Assembly: GCA_034408725.1 (NCBI GenBank)
Contig: JAWXCN010000152.1
Coordinates: 5,709 to 69,708 of the forward strand
Direction of reading: 5' to 3'
Source: Candidatus Hydrogenedentota bacterium
GTDB lineage: Bacteria; Hydrogenedentota; Hydrogenedentia; Hydrogenedentales; SLHB01
DNA length: 64,000 nucleotides
The translations under genes were made by a program, and so were the position numbers. How positions within the stretch are numbered: the first letter of the stretch is position 1; every line of letters begins with the position of its first letter. This document shows, in pieces, positions 48,961 to 58,407 of the stretch. The notes beneath the pieces are model-generated. The model saw only the letters and a program-made list of their open reading frames with translations, was not told where the DNA came from and ran no database searches.

Positions 48961-51450
48961 ATGAACGTGGCGCACACTCAACAGCAGATTCTCCGCGCGC
49001 CGCATCTGCGGGCCGCGCTCCCGGCTGCGGAAGCGGCGTTGCGCATACTCTCCGTAGGCGAACTGGATGCGTCCACGTTGGCGCTGGTGATCGGCGCGGA
49101 CCCCGTGCTTACGGCGGCGATAGTTCGCGCAACCGAACCCTGCGCCGAAAATGCATCCGTTGCGCAACGCATCGCCTCCCTTTCCCCCGCGCGCCTTCAA
49201 TCCGCGCTTTTTCCGATCCTTTCAGATGCCTTCACAGACGATGCGGCCATTGGCGGCGACAACACTCGCTGGAAGCGAACGCTCGCAACCGCCATCGCGG
49301 CGGAATCCATCGCGCGGGCAACCCACAGCGTGTCACCCGAACAAGCGTACCTCGCTGGTTTGATGCACCACTGTGGCGCGCATTCAACCGGCGACAATGA
49401 CGTTTTGCCGGAGGCCATGAGGGCGATAGCACGGACATACCGTTTTCCAGAATGGTTGCGCGAGTGCATGTTCGAGGGCATAGCCGATACCGGCTGGCCT
49501 TCGACCCGGGAAGTGAATGGCGATCTACCGCTGATAGTACAGATCGCAAACGCTTTCGCGGCAGGCGCCTCACCGGATGATGCCGGCGATATTGCCGGAG
49601 AATCAATCGGTGTTTCTATCGGCGCTCTTATAGCCGCGCATTCTGACTATGCCGCATCTTTCGCGCGCAGACTGTCGCTGTTTTCGTTTACGCCGGCGCC
49701 CGCGGCGGACTTGCGGGCATCGCTTATGCGGTTCGCAAACCAACTGCTCCTGAATTGGCGGGTAGACGAAGGCGCCGCGCTCAACGCCCGCGAACGCGCG
49801 GCCCAACTGGACGCCCTGTTCCAGTTCCACCAGGCTTCGAGACGCTCGGTCTCCATCGAAGAAATTACGTTGCAGTGCGCCGAAACGTTGCGAAATGCGT
49901 TGGGCGCGGACGCGGGAATGTTGAGCGTTTGGACACGGCAATGGAACGGAGCACGGGGCGTCACATGGCGCGGCCGCACGGCCCCCTTCGAGACGTTAGC
50001 CTTACCCGAAGGATGCTCTGGCGTTCAGGCGATGCAACAAATCGTCGCCGATCCATTTTGGCAAGTGTTGGACGGCGCGCCCTGCGCGCTTCCGGTGCGT
50101 ACTCCAACCAACCGCGTAACCGGATATATCGCGATCTTGATGACGGCCGGGGAATCGACCGGCTGGCTTGCGCGTCTGGACGACTGGACGCGAGCACTCG
50201 GCGCGGCCATCGAGAACGCGGAAGAACAAGAGCGTCAACGGCAAAATACTGACGCGTTACGCCGCGCTTTGCACGAAAAAAGGGAACATGCTTCCACTGA
50301 ACCCGTCCCCAGCGTTGAAACCGCTCGCCCGGTTGATCGGGAAGCCGTTGTAGCAGGGCAACGCAACCTGGCGCGGGCAGTTGTAGCGGCCTTGCAATCG
50401 CCGTTGAGCGCGATCACGGCGCAGACCGGCCAATTGACATCGCAGACGGGCCGCGCGACTGATTCCGCGCTGCTCGATAATCTCGCGAAGCACGCGCGCG
50501 GCGCGGCGCGTGTTCTCAACGATGTGCAGGCCCTGGCGCATGCCGGCAATGGTAGCCGCGACGCGGTCCTGGTAAATGCGCCGTTGCGCCAGTTTTTGAA
50601 TTCAGTGCGGCCCCGGCTGGGTAGGCGGTCCATTCAACTGGAGGACCGCCTGGCCGAAGGTCTTCCGCGCGTGCCATTGGATGCGCGCAAGCTGCATCAT
50701 ATCCTGTTAAATCTTTTCGCGTACATTGAACCGCGGCTGGGGCCTGCTGGCCGCCACATTCTGGTGAGTTCGGAGGTGACCAGCGGGCGTGAAGGCGTAT
50801 CCATCACAATCGATGTAACGGGTTTGCCATTGACCGGCGATCAGGCCGAGCACTTGTTCGATCCGCTGGAGAGGTATGACGAATCCGCTTCCGAGCACGC
50901 GCTGTTGCTTGCGGCTTGCGGGGCGATGGTACGTGAATTTGGCGGGCTCATCACCGCGTGCCCGCAGGTGTCAGGCACGATGTTCATTCTCGCGTTTGAA
51001 TCGGTTTGGGGGAACTCCGCGCAAGAAGTCGAAGCGCCCGCCGCCCCGCCTGCGCAGGAAACGCGCATCGATAAGCATGAGGCAAACCGCGTATTGGTGG
51101 TGGATGACGATGATGGTGTGCGCGAAATTCTGGCGCAGGCGCTCCGTAGATGCGGTTACGAAGCTGAACTCGCGAAAGATGGCATCGACGCTTTGCGCGC
51201 AATGGAATCGAAACCGTACGATTTGGTCTTGCTGGACATGCTGATGCCGAATCGCGATGGGCTCGCGGTGCTGCGCGAGTTGCGCGGAAAACCGGGTGCG
51301 CCACCGGTAATTGTGATGACGGGCAGCGCTGCGTCCGGCGTTCGCGAGGAGGCGTCGGAATTGGGCGCGCACAGTTTTCTTCAGAAGCCCTTTGAATTGC
51401 GCACGCTTCTTGCCGAGGTCGAGTCGGTGCTCGTTCACCACGGCGGGTGA
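48961..51450 (+). CDS. HDOD + GAF-like + degenerate histidine kinase + receiver (REC) signalling protein
   Basis: HDOD: DPVLTAAIVRA, AYLAGLMHHCG. Kinase region lacks the phospho-His (VAALQSPL) and the N/G boxes. REC intact: VLVVDDD, LLDMLMP, MTG, FLQKPF. Confidence 0.8.
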   Translation: MNVAHTQQQILRAPHLRAALPAAEAALRILSVGELDASTLALVIGADPVLTAAIVRATEPCAENASVAQRIASLSPARLQSALFPILSDAFTDDAAIGGDNTRWKRTLATAIAAESIARATHSVSPEQAYLAGLMHHCGAHSTGDNDVLPEAMRAIARTYRFPEWLRECMFEGIADTGWPSTREVNGDLPLIVQIANAFAAGASPDDAGDIAGESIGVSIGALIAAHSDYAASFARRLSLFSFTPAPAADLRASLMRFANQLLLNWRVDEGAALNARERAAQLDALFQFHQASRRSVSIEEITLQCAETLRNALGADAGMLSVWTRQWNGARGVTWRGRTAPFETLALPEGCSGVQAMQQIVADPFWQVLDGAPCALPVRTPTNRVTGYIAILMTAGESTGWLARLDDWTRALGAAIENAEEQERQRQNTDALRRALHEKREHASTEPVPSVETARPVDREAVVAGQRNLARAVVAALQSPLSAITAQTGQLTSQTGRATDSALLDNLAKHARGAARVLNDVQALAHAGNGSRDAVLVNAPLRQFLNSVRPRLGRRSIQLEDRLAEGLPRVPLDARKLHHILLNLFAYIEPRLGPAGRHILVSSEVTSGREGVSITIDVTGLPLTGDQAEHLFDPLERYDESASEHALLLAACGAMVREFGGLITACPQVSGTMFILAFESVWGNSAQEVEAPAAPPAQETRIDKHEANRVLVVDDDDGVREILAQALRRCGYEAELAKDGIDALRAMESKPYDLVLLDMLMPNRDGLAVLRELRGKPGAPPVIVMTGSAASGVREEASELGAHSFLQKPFELRTLLAEVESVLVHHGG

Positions 51451-51479
51451 AGCGTCAATCGCGGCACGACGGCGACACG

Positions 51480-53936
51480 ATGAAGCCAGCACGCGATATC
51501 ACCGTGGCGCAACTGCTGTCACAAGTCATCATCCTGATCCTTCTGCTCGTGGTGATTTTCCCCCGTGTGTTTTTCTACGGCGAACTCGCGTCGTCCGCGG
51601 ATATTCTGTTCCTGATCAAGCCGTGGAGCGAGTACGCGCCGCCGGGCTTCGAGCGGGTCCAGAACCAACTCATGTTCGATCCCGTTATGGCGTTCCGCCC
51701 GGACTACCTGCTCACCAAACAGGCCATCGAAAGCGGGGAATGGCCCTTATGGAACCCGCTCGAACTGGGCGGAGTGCCTTTGCTCGCGAATTGCCAAAGC
51801 ACGGTGTTTTATCCACTACGCTTGTTGCTGCTCGCGATGGACGTCGATACGGCGATGACGGTATTTGTGCTATTGAAGCTTTTGCTGTGCGGCATCACGG
51901 CATTTATCTGTGCGCGGTGGATCGGATTGGGGCTTGCCGCGTCGCGTTTCTTTTCGGTGGCCTGGATGATGGGCAGCTACAACCTCATCTGGGCGAACTG
52001 GCCGCTGGTCGATGTCAGCGCATGGGCGCCAATCCTCTTCGCGGGCGCGGAATTCATTCTCAATGGCCGGTACCGTCGCGGGCTCGCGGCAATGTCGCTC
52101 GGCGCGACGCTGATCCTGTACGCGGGCCATCCAGAAACGGCATTCACCTTGAGCATGGGCGTTGGAGTTTATTTTGCCGCTCGGCTCGTTTTCGATCAGT
52201 GCGGAGAACAAACTGGAGAGAGCCGGATTTCGGCATATACGTGGCGGCCAATCGTGCGCGCCATTACATCCATCGGAACATGGAAACGCGCCGGGATTGC
52301 CACAATGGCTTGGGCCATTGCGCTCCTTGCGTATACGCCGCAACTTTTGCCGTTCGTCGAGTTTCTGACAAACAGTTATACGTGGAGTGACCGGCACGAA
52401 AAGGAACACATTCTGATTTCGTATAGCGCGGGCTCGGCTGCGAGTCTTTGGGTGCCGCGCTATTTTGGAACCGGCGCCGAACAGAATTTTTGGGACCAGG
52501 AAAAGTGGAATTCAAATATCACCGCAAAGCAGTATCCGGGGATGGTGATCTGGTGCGCGCTTGCGTTATTGCTGGCGCGGGTTCCAAAGGATTCACCGTT
52601 GCGCAAACGCAATGTCCAAGTTGCCGCGCTGTTGGTTGCGGCGCTCGCGGGATTCCTGTTGGCGTATCATGTGTGGCCCATTTCGCTGGTCCGGAAACTT
52701 CCCGTCTTCAGCTCCATGCTGGACATTTATCATATCTGTTTCACGCTCTTCGCATGGCCGCTGCTGGGAGCGATTAGCATTGAACGCTGGCTTTCGCGTA
52801 AACGGCGGTTGCGCGAACTATATCCCATCGTGGGTGTAATGTTGTTCGGCGCGATCGTGGTCTATTTCGTGAACCGGTTCAACGAACCGCTACTTGCCAT
52901 GCTGGTCCGCAAAGAACATCCCGGCCTCTACGATTATATCCGCGTTCAGATTTATATTGCGATTGGGTTCGCGGCAACGGCCTCACTTGTTTTTAGTATC
53001 TCATGCTTCTATCGGCGGCCAGAAATCATTTGGATACTCGCGGGTGTCGTGTTCGTCATCGATCATGCGGTCGCCGTCCGCGGGCTAAACCCTACCATGC
53101 CGCGCGCACTGGTGTATCCTGAAACCGAGCTAACACGCTTTCTACGCACGCTTCCCCACCCGTCACGGGTAGGAGTGGCGCAAGCTTCCATCTATAACGG
53201 CGCTATCGCGAACTACGGCGTCGAAGAGTGGGTCGGTTACGATGGCCTCTTTCCCGAACGGGTGATACGGTATCAAAGCGAATTAAAATCCACGGTATGG
53301 GATGCCATGGAGCCGGCCCAGGCGATTGATTACTACGTCAGCGATCCAGACCCGCGCTACGAGCCGGCATTCCCGTGGAAAGAAATGTTGGCCTCGGGCA
53401 GGATCGAACGCGTAGGAAATTTCGATACACTCGACGTGTTCCGGAACAACGGCGCACTCCCACGGGCATTCCTGGCGCCGACGCTGGAAGTAATCCCCGA
53501 ACGCGACGCGCTCCTAGAAGTTATGTCAACGAAGGGTTTTGATCCATCAGAGCGCGCGGTGACCGAAGTGCGGCCGGGCAGCCCCATTCCAAACGCCACC
53601 GCGCGGCCCGTGGGTACCGTGGAAATGAACACGCATCGCTCCACGTTTGTACAGGTCACATACGAAACACGCGAAGACGCGGTGCTGGTGCTGGCGGATG
53701 CGTATTACCCCGGATGGAACGCGTATCTCGATGAAAGTCCCATCGAAATGTTTCCGGTTTACTACATGTTCCGCGGAATCATCGTGCCGCCGGGCCGGCA
53801 TGTAGTCGAGTACCGGTATGAACCCGCGCCGCTCGAAATCGGTCTGATCGTTTCCAGCGCCACCCTGCTGGCCTCAGCGTTGGCGTCTGCTTTTCTCCTC
53901 CTGCGAATGAGGCAATCGCGCTCAATCGCGAAGTAA
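51480..53936 (+). CDS. YfhO-like membrane glycosyltransferase (GT-C), paralog 4
   Basis: WPLWNPLELGGVP, AGHPETAF, WVGYDGLFP, LADAYYPGWNAYLD. Start ATG 51480 or GTG 51447 overlapping the HDOD stop. Confidence 0.85.
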   Translation: MKPARDITVAQLLSQVIILILLLVVIFPRVFFYGELASSADILFLIKPWSEYAPPGFERVQNQLMFDPVMAFRPDYLLTKQAIESGEWPLWNPLELGGVPLLANCQSTVFYPLRLLLLAMDVDTAMTVFVLLKLLLCGITAFICARWIGLGLAASRFFSVAWMMGSYNLIWANWPLVDVSAWAPILFAGAEFILNGRYRRGLAAMSLGATLILYAGHPETAFTLSMGVGVYFAARLVFDQCGEQTGESRISAYTWRPIVRAITSIGTWKRAGIATMAWAIALLAYTPQLLPFVEFLTNSYTWSDRHEKEHILISYSAGSAASLWVPRYFGTGAEQNFWDQEKWNSNITAKQYPGMVIWCALALLLARVPKDSPLRKRNVQVAALLVAALAGFLLAYHVWPISLVRKLPVFSSMLDIYHICFTLFAWPLLGAISIERWLSRKRRLRELYPIVGVMLFGAIVVYFVNRFNEPLLAMLVRKEHPGLYDYIRVQIYIAIGFAATASLVFSISCFYRRPEIIWILAGVVFVIDHAVAVRGLNPTMPRALVYPETELTRFLRTLPHPSRVGVAQASIYNGAIANYGVEEWVGYDGLFPERVIRYQSELKSTVWDAMEPAQAIDYYVSDPDPRYEPAFPWKEMLASGRIERVGNFDTLDVFRNNGALPRAFLAPTLEVIPERDALLEVMSTKGFDPSERAVTEVRPGSPIPNATARPVGTVEMNTHRSTFVQVTYETREDAVLVLADAYYPGWNAYLDESPIEMFPVYYMFRGIIVPPGRHVVEYRYEPAPLEIGLIVSSATLLASALASAFLLLRMRQSRSIAK

Positions 53937-53971
53937 CCTTGAACAAGAAAAGGAAACCTGCAGCTACCCGC

Positions 53972-54151
53972 GGATTCTAAATTTCATTTGGCCGCGCGCA
54001 GCGCCTTGGAGTGCGGCGTGTCAGCGCCGCTTTCACTTCGGATAACCGAATGCCTCAATAAATTCGCGGGCTTCAGGCTCACGTGACTAGAGAATAGGCC
54101 AGTCGCACTTTATTGCAAAGCGACCTTGCCCAGGAAATGGAAAGCGGTAGC
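53972..54151 (+). repeat. Second, inverted copy of the about 180-bp REPIN-like element
   Basis: 54001-54041 matches the reverse complement of 29835-29875 at 40/41 nt; 54127-54151 matches the reverse complement of 29721-29745 at 23/25; spacing differs by 4 nt. Confidence 0.85.
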
Positions 54152-54184
54152 GGAGGTGTTGCAAATCCTTCGCATAAATGACCG

Positions 54185-55207
54185 CTAATATCCGGCTTCA
54201 AGGTCCACGACATTCTTCAATGGCAGTCCCTGCGCAAACCTTCCGATATTGTCACGGATGAGCGTGAGCGTGCGCGGCTCCCGTCCGTCGGAAGTTCCGG
54301 CCATGTGCGGCGTGATGATGACGTTTGGCAGTTTCCAGAGCGGGTGATTTGCGGGTAGTGGTTCAGGCTCCGTTACGTCCAACCCAGCGCCGCCGAGGTG
54401 TCCGGACTCGAGTGCTTGCGTCAACGCATCCGTGTCAATTACGCCACCGCGCGAGATGTTAACGATGAATGCGCCGGGCTTCATCGCGGCGATTTCTTTC
54501 GCGCCAAGCATGTGTTTCGTTGCGCCCGTAAGCGGTACCGCGCACATGACCACGTCGGCGCCGGGCAGGAAACTCAGCAGTTCGTCGGGCCTGCCAACCT
54601 GATCGACGCTCTGCATCATCGGGATGTCCTTCACATCCAACGCGATGACGCGCATGCCGAAGGCTTTCGCCCTATCGGCAATTTGGGCGCCAGCTCCGCC
54701 AAGTCCGATTATCAACATGGTCTTATCGCGCAGATCGAGCAGTTTCAATCCTGATGAACGATCAAAAGCACCAGTTTCCATTGCATTGGTGTAGAACCGC
54801 ATGTTACGCGTCAGCGAAAGCAACAGCGCGAACGCGTGGTCGGCGAGCTGCGGACCCATGATTATCTTGGCGTTGGTGAGCACAAGCCCGCGCTCCTGCC
54901 AAGGCTTGAGCCAAACCATGCCTTCCATACCTGCATAGCGTGCCTGAATCCAGCGCAATTTTCCGGCAGATTTCATCATGGACTCATCGGGTTCACCGAT
55001 GACACCGTCGCATTCGGGAATGCGATTCGCCATTTCGCCCGTGCTCGCATAGGTGATCAATTGCAGATTGGGATACTGCCCGACAATATCGGAGAGGTCT
55101 TTGGCGATATGTTCGGGCGCGAGCACGCGCACGGGATCAGCGGCATGCGCGAAAAATGCGACGGCCATTGAACAATAAACCGCGAAAAGCCGGATACGCG
55201 TTTTCAC
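54185..55207 (-). CDS. D-2-hydroxyacid dehydrogenase family protein with predicted signal peptide
   Basis: GLGGAG Rossmann motif, NISRG, LDVTEPEPL, TPHMAG catalytic set; N-terminus MKTRIRLFAVYCSMAVAFFAHA. Confidence 0.9.
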   Translation of the reverse strand: MKTRIRLFAVYCSMAVAFFAHAADPVRVLAPEHIAKDLSDIVGQYPNLQLITYASTGEMANRIPECDGVIGEPDESMMKSAGKLRWIQARYAGMEGMVWLKPWQERGLVLTNAKIIMGPQLADHAFALLLSLTRNMRFYTNAMETGAFDRSSGLKLLDLRDKTMLIIGLGGAGAQIADRAKAFGMRVIALDVKDIPMMQSVDQVGRPDELLSFLPGADVVMCAVPLTGATKHMLGAKEIAAMKPGAFIVNISRGGVIDTDALTQALESGHLGGAGLDVTEPEPLPANHPLWKLPNVIITPHMAGTSDGREPRTLTLIRDNIGRFAQGLPLKNVVDLEAGY

Positions 55208-55209
55208 CG

Positions 55210-56571
55210 CTATGCGTTCACGAGGTCTTTGGCGTGCGCGTGAATCTTCTCGATGGCGTCCGCGATTTGGTCCATGTCTTCACGAGGACCCAGAAGCATG
55301 TTCTGCGTGAACCATACGGCCTGTTCGGTCACTTTGTCGTTCTCGGGACACGGAATGCGTTCGAGGTATTCGTCGATCCGCTTCTTGCCGTACACCTTCA
55401 TATAAGTACGCGACGTGACGCGCTCGCGAATGTACGGCTCTTCGTTCAGTTTTCGATAGCCCGTCGAACCGGGTATGCCCTCGGCACTGAGCGCTTTCAG
55501 AAAATCCGCGCGCGAAAGGCCAGCGAATTGTTCGGGATCGTAGCGAAACATGTAGAGGTGATACGCGTTTCGCGTGCAGCCTTCGTAAGGTTTCACGGGA
55601 GTGATGCCGGGGACCTTTCCGATGCGCGAGGTCAGATGCGCGGCATTCGTTTCGCGGGTCTTGCTCTGCGCTTCGACCCGTTCGATCTGTCCGAGCAGAA
55701 TCGCGCCCTGAAATTCCGTGAGGCGCAGGTTTGCGCCATGCCGCGCGTATGCGCCTTCGTGTTTCGTGCCTGGATAACCGCGTCCGTTGGAATGAAATGC
55801 GTATGCCGCATGCATAATCGCGTCATCGTTGGTGACCATTGCGCCGCCGTCGCCGCAGCTAATATTTTTCGATACCTGAAAACTGTAACACCCCGTCGCG
55901 CCGAAATTGCCGAATTTCATGCTGCGCCATTCCCCCAGGTGCGACTGGCATGCATCCTCGACCACGGCGATATTGCGGTTCGTAGCGATGGCGGCGACAG
56001 CGTCCACGTCATAGGCCGCGCCGCCAAGGTGCACAGGGATCATGCAGCGCGTGTTTTCCGTGAGTGCGGCTTCGATCTTTGTGGCGTCGATCTGAAACGT
56101 ATTAATATCCGTATCGACAAATACCGGCAGAGCGTGGTGCATGAAGACCGCGTTGATTGTGGCAGAGAATGTATACGGCGGCACTATAACTTCGTCTCCC
56201 GGGCCGATATCGAGCGCGTTAAGCGAAGCGATAAGCGCGCTGGTGCCGTTCGCAATTGCGAGGCAATGCTTCACGCCGAGCATTTCGGCGAATTTCTTCT
56301 CGAAATCAGTAACGTTGGTTGCGCCGCCACCAAACCGGTACCAGGCTTTTTTCCGCAACGTCTCGACCCAAAGCTCTTCTTCGGCTGAATCGAAAACCGG
56401 CCACGACGGAAATCCCTCAGTGCGCACGGGAGTACCGCCAAGCAGTGCGGGTTTGGCCGCTTCGGCGACCGCGATACTCACCGCGGTGGGCCGGACTGCG
56501 GCGGCGGTGGCCGCCAGCGCGATTGTGGCGCCTTTCAAAAACTGGCGGCGTTCGACTTGATCGATCGGCAT
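55210..56571 (-). CDS. DegT/DnrJ/EryC1/StrS PLP aminotransferase with Tat signal
   Basis: ERRQFLK + hydrophobic helix; NGTSAL, GPGDEVIVP, EDACQSH, SFQVSKN (PLP Lys), NLRLTEFQGA. Confidence 0.9.
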   Translation of the reverse strand: MPIDQVERRQFLKGATIALAATAAAVRPTAVSIAVAEAAKPALLGGTPVRTEGFPSWPVFDSAEEELWVETLRKKAWYRFGGGATNVTDFEKKFAEMLGVKHCLAIANGTSALIASLNALDIGPGDEVIVPPYTFSATINAVFMHHALPVFVDTDINTFQIDATKIEAALTENTRCMIPVHLGGAAYDVDAVAAIATNRNIAVVEDACQSHLGEWRSMKFGNFGATGCYSFQVSKNISCGDGGAMVTNDDAIMHAAYAFHSNGRGYPGTKHEGAYARHGANLRLTEFQGAILLGQIERVEAQSKTRETNAAHLTSRIGKVPGITPVKPYEGCTRNAYHLYMFRYDPEQFAGLSRADFLKALSAEGIPGSTGYRKLNEEPYIRERVTSRTYMKVYGKKRIDEYLERIPCPENDKVTEQAVWFTQNMLLGPREDMDQIADAIEKIHAHAKDLVNA

Positions 56572-56595
56572 GAACTTCCCCTAGTGCGTCTCTGT

Positions 56596-57033
56596 TTATG
56601 CGGTGAAATGTTCCCAGGCGCGTTGTTCCAGCGATTCATGAACTTTGACGCGATCTTCCTCCGACAAATATCGGTCGAGCGCAGCCCAAAATTCATCCCA
56701 CATGAATCGCAGCACGAGAACGTCCTCGTGCGCCATGACGGTGGCGGTGCGCATTTTTTTGGGATTGAACTGCATGACTTCCCCGAGCAATTCGGGCGCC
56801 TTCGATTTGGAATCAGGCATATCAGATTTATGAATGCGCACTGACCCTGTCAGCAGGATAAAGCCGCGGTTACGCCCCGTGCTGCCTTCGCGAGTCATGC
56901 GATGGCCCTTGCGAAGACGGCGGACCTCTGCAACTTCTTTGATTGCGGTGACGATAGTTTCGCGGATTGCCGGTTCAAAGTCGGCCACCCACGGCACGTT
57001 CAAGATTGCCTCTCGAATATCGTCCGGTCCCAT
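56596..57033 (-). CDS. Stand-alone cyclic-nucleotide-binding domain protein, paralog B
   Basis: REG...GFILLTGSV, ELLGE...RTATV phosphate-binding cassette; 145 aa with no HTH; RBS GGAGG. Confidence 0.8.
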   Translation of the reverse strand: MGPDDIREAILNVPWVADFEPAIRETIVTAIKEVAEVRRLRKGHRMTREGSTGRNRGFILLTGSVRIHKSDMPDSKSKAPELLGEVMQFNPKKMRTATVMAHEDVLVLRFMWDEFWAALDRYLSEEDRVKVHESLEQRAWEHFTA

Positions 57034-57062
57034 TCATTCCTCCCTTTCGAGCATGGTCCGCC

Positions 57063-57500
57063 TTAGCGCAAGAAATGCTCCCATGCCTGACTTTCAAGGA
57101 CCTCGCGAAGCTTGACAATTTCGTCCGGTTTCAAAGCCGCCTCGGCCTTCTGCCAGAACTCATCCCACATGAAACGGAGCACGACTGATTCCATTGCGCC
57201 CGCGCAGGTTGCAGTGCGGACCCCCGCGGGATTGAACTGCATAATCTCGCCGACGAGTTCGGGCGCCTTGCAGGTGACATCGGGGAAACCTTCCTTGCGC
57301 ACCAGCACAGCGCCTTGCATCAGAATATAGCCCTTGTTGTCGACGTGTTCCCACTGATGGATGAACACACCGCCTGCCGGGACAACGCGCGCGACGCTTA
57401 TTGCCTGAAAAATATCGGTGATTTTCTCGCGGAGCTCCGGCTCCAGATCGGTCATGATGCGCAGACTGAGAATTTTTTCGCGGACTTCATCCATATCCAT
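57063..57500 (-). CDS. Stand-alone cyclic-nucleotide-binding domain protein, paralog A
   Basis: GYILMQGAV, ELVGE...RTAT; shares APEL.GE.MQFNP, VLRFMWDEFW and AWEHF with paralog B. Start ATG 57500 after GGAGG. Confidence 0.8.
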   Translation of the reverse strand: MDMDEVREKILSLRIMTDLEPELREKITDIFQAISVARVVPAGGVFIHQWEHVDNKGYILMQGAVLVRKEGFPDVTCKAPELVGEIMQFNPAGVRTATCAGAMESVVLRFMWDEFWQKAEAALKPDEIVKLREVLESQAWEHFLR

Positions 57501-57548
57501 GGCGTTCACCTCCAGTGGGTAATTTTGGACAAAGCCACACCCCGCAGG

Positions 57549-57557
57549 ATTCTATCA
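57549..57557 (-). promoter_or_regulatory. Extended -10 element upstream of the cNMP-binding genes
   Basis: TGATAGAAT on minus strand just after the SDR stop; no good -35. Confidence 0.4.
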
Positions 57558-57566
57558 CGGGACGGG

Positions 57567-58397
57567 TCAGATGCCGAATCCGCCGGTGACTTCGAGTGTA
57601 TGCCCCGTAATGTAGGAAGCGTATGGCGAGGCGAGCAACAAAACACCGCCGGCGGCCTCTTCCGCGGTGCCGGTGCGCCCGAGCGGGACCATCATGGTCA
57701 TCATGTCCCGCATATGCTGTGGAATTCCAAGGGACACGACGTTCCCCTTTACCGTAATTTGCTCTCCGTCCTCTTTCGGCTGAATGAGGCGCGTTTCAAT
57801 GGCGCCGAACGCCACGGCGTTGCATCGAATATTGAACTGTCCCCATTCCTTCGCGACCGTTTTTGTCATGCCGACAATTCCCATCTTCGCCGTTGCATAG
57901 TTTATTTGGCCGGCGTTGCCATGCAACCCCGAGGTGGACGAAATATTGATAATGCATCGCGGTTCCGGTGGCAGGCCCATGCCGGTTTCCTTTTTCGCGG
58001 CCTCGCGCATGTGTGGGACCGTCGCGCGAATCATGCGAAATGGCGCGCCGAGGTGTACGTCTATAATGGCGGCCCATTGCTCGTCCGTGGTTTTCTGGAT
58101 GACACTGTCCCAGGTGTAGCCGGCATTATTAACGAGAATGTGCAGCGCGCCGAACTTTTCGACCGCAGCGTCCATCAACTGCGCCGGGAACGCAGGGTCC
58201 GTTACGTCTCCGTATACGGAGATGGCCGCTCCCCCGCTTCGGCGGATTTCCATCGCAACGGCTTCGGACGGTTCCATGTCCAGGTCTGAAACAACGACAC
58301 TTGCCCCGTGCTCCGCGAAGAGCTTTGCGGTGGCAGCACCAATTCCGCGGCCCGCGCCGGTGATTATCGCGGTCTGATTTTCGAGCAAGCGTGCCAT
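57567..58397 (-). CDS. SDR oxidoreductase (FabG/3-oxoacyl reductase-like)
   Basis: TGAGRGIG, NNAGYTWD, NISSTSG..GN.GQ.NYATAK. Start moved to ATG 58397 (RBS AAGGA). Confidence 0.9.
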   Translation of the reverse strand: MARLLENQTAIITGAGRGIGAATAKLFAEHGASVVVSDLDMEPSEAVAMEIRRSGGAAISVYGDVTDPAFPAQLMDAAVEKFGALHILVNNAGYTWDSVIQKTTDEQWAAIIDVHLGAPFRMIRATVPHMREAAKKETGMGLPPEPRCIINISSTSGLHGNAGQINYATAKMGIVGMTKTVAKEWGQFNIRCNAVAFGAIETRLIQPKEDGEQITVKGNVVSLGIPQHMRDMMTMMVPLGRTGTAEEAAGGVLLLASPYASYITGHTLEVTGGFGI

Positions 58398-58407
58398 CGT
58401 CGTTCCT

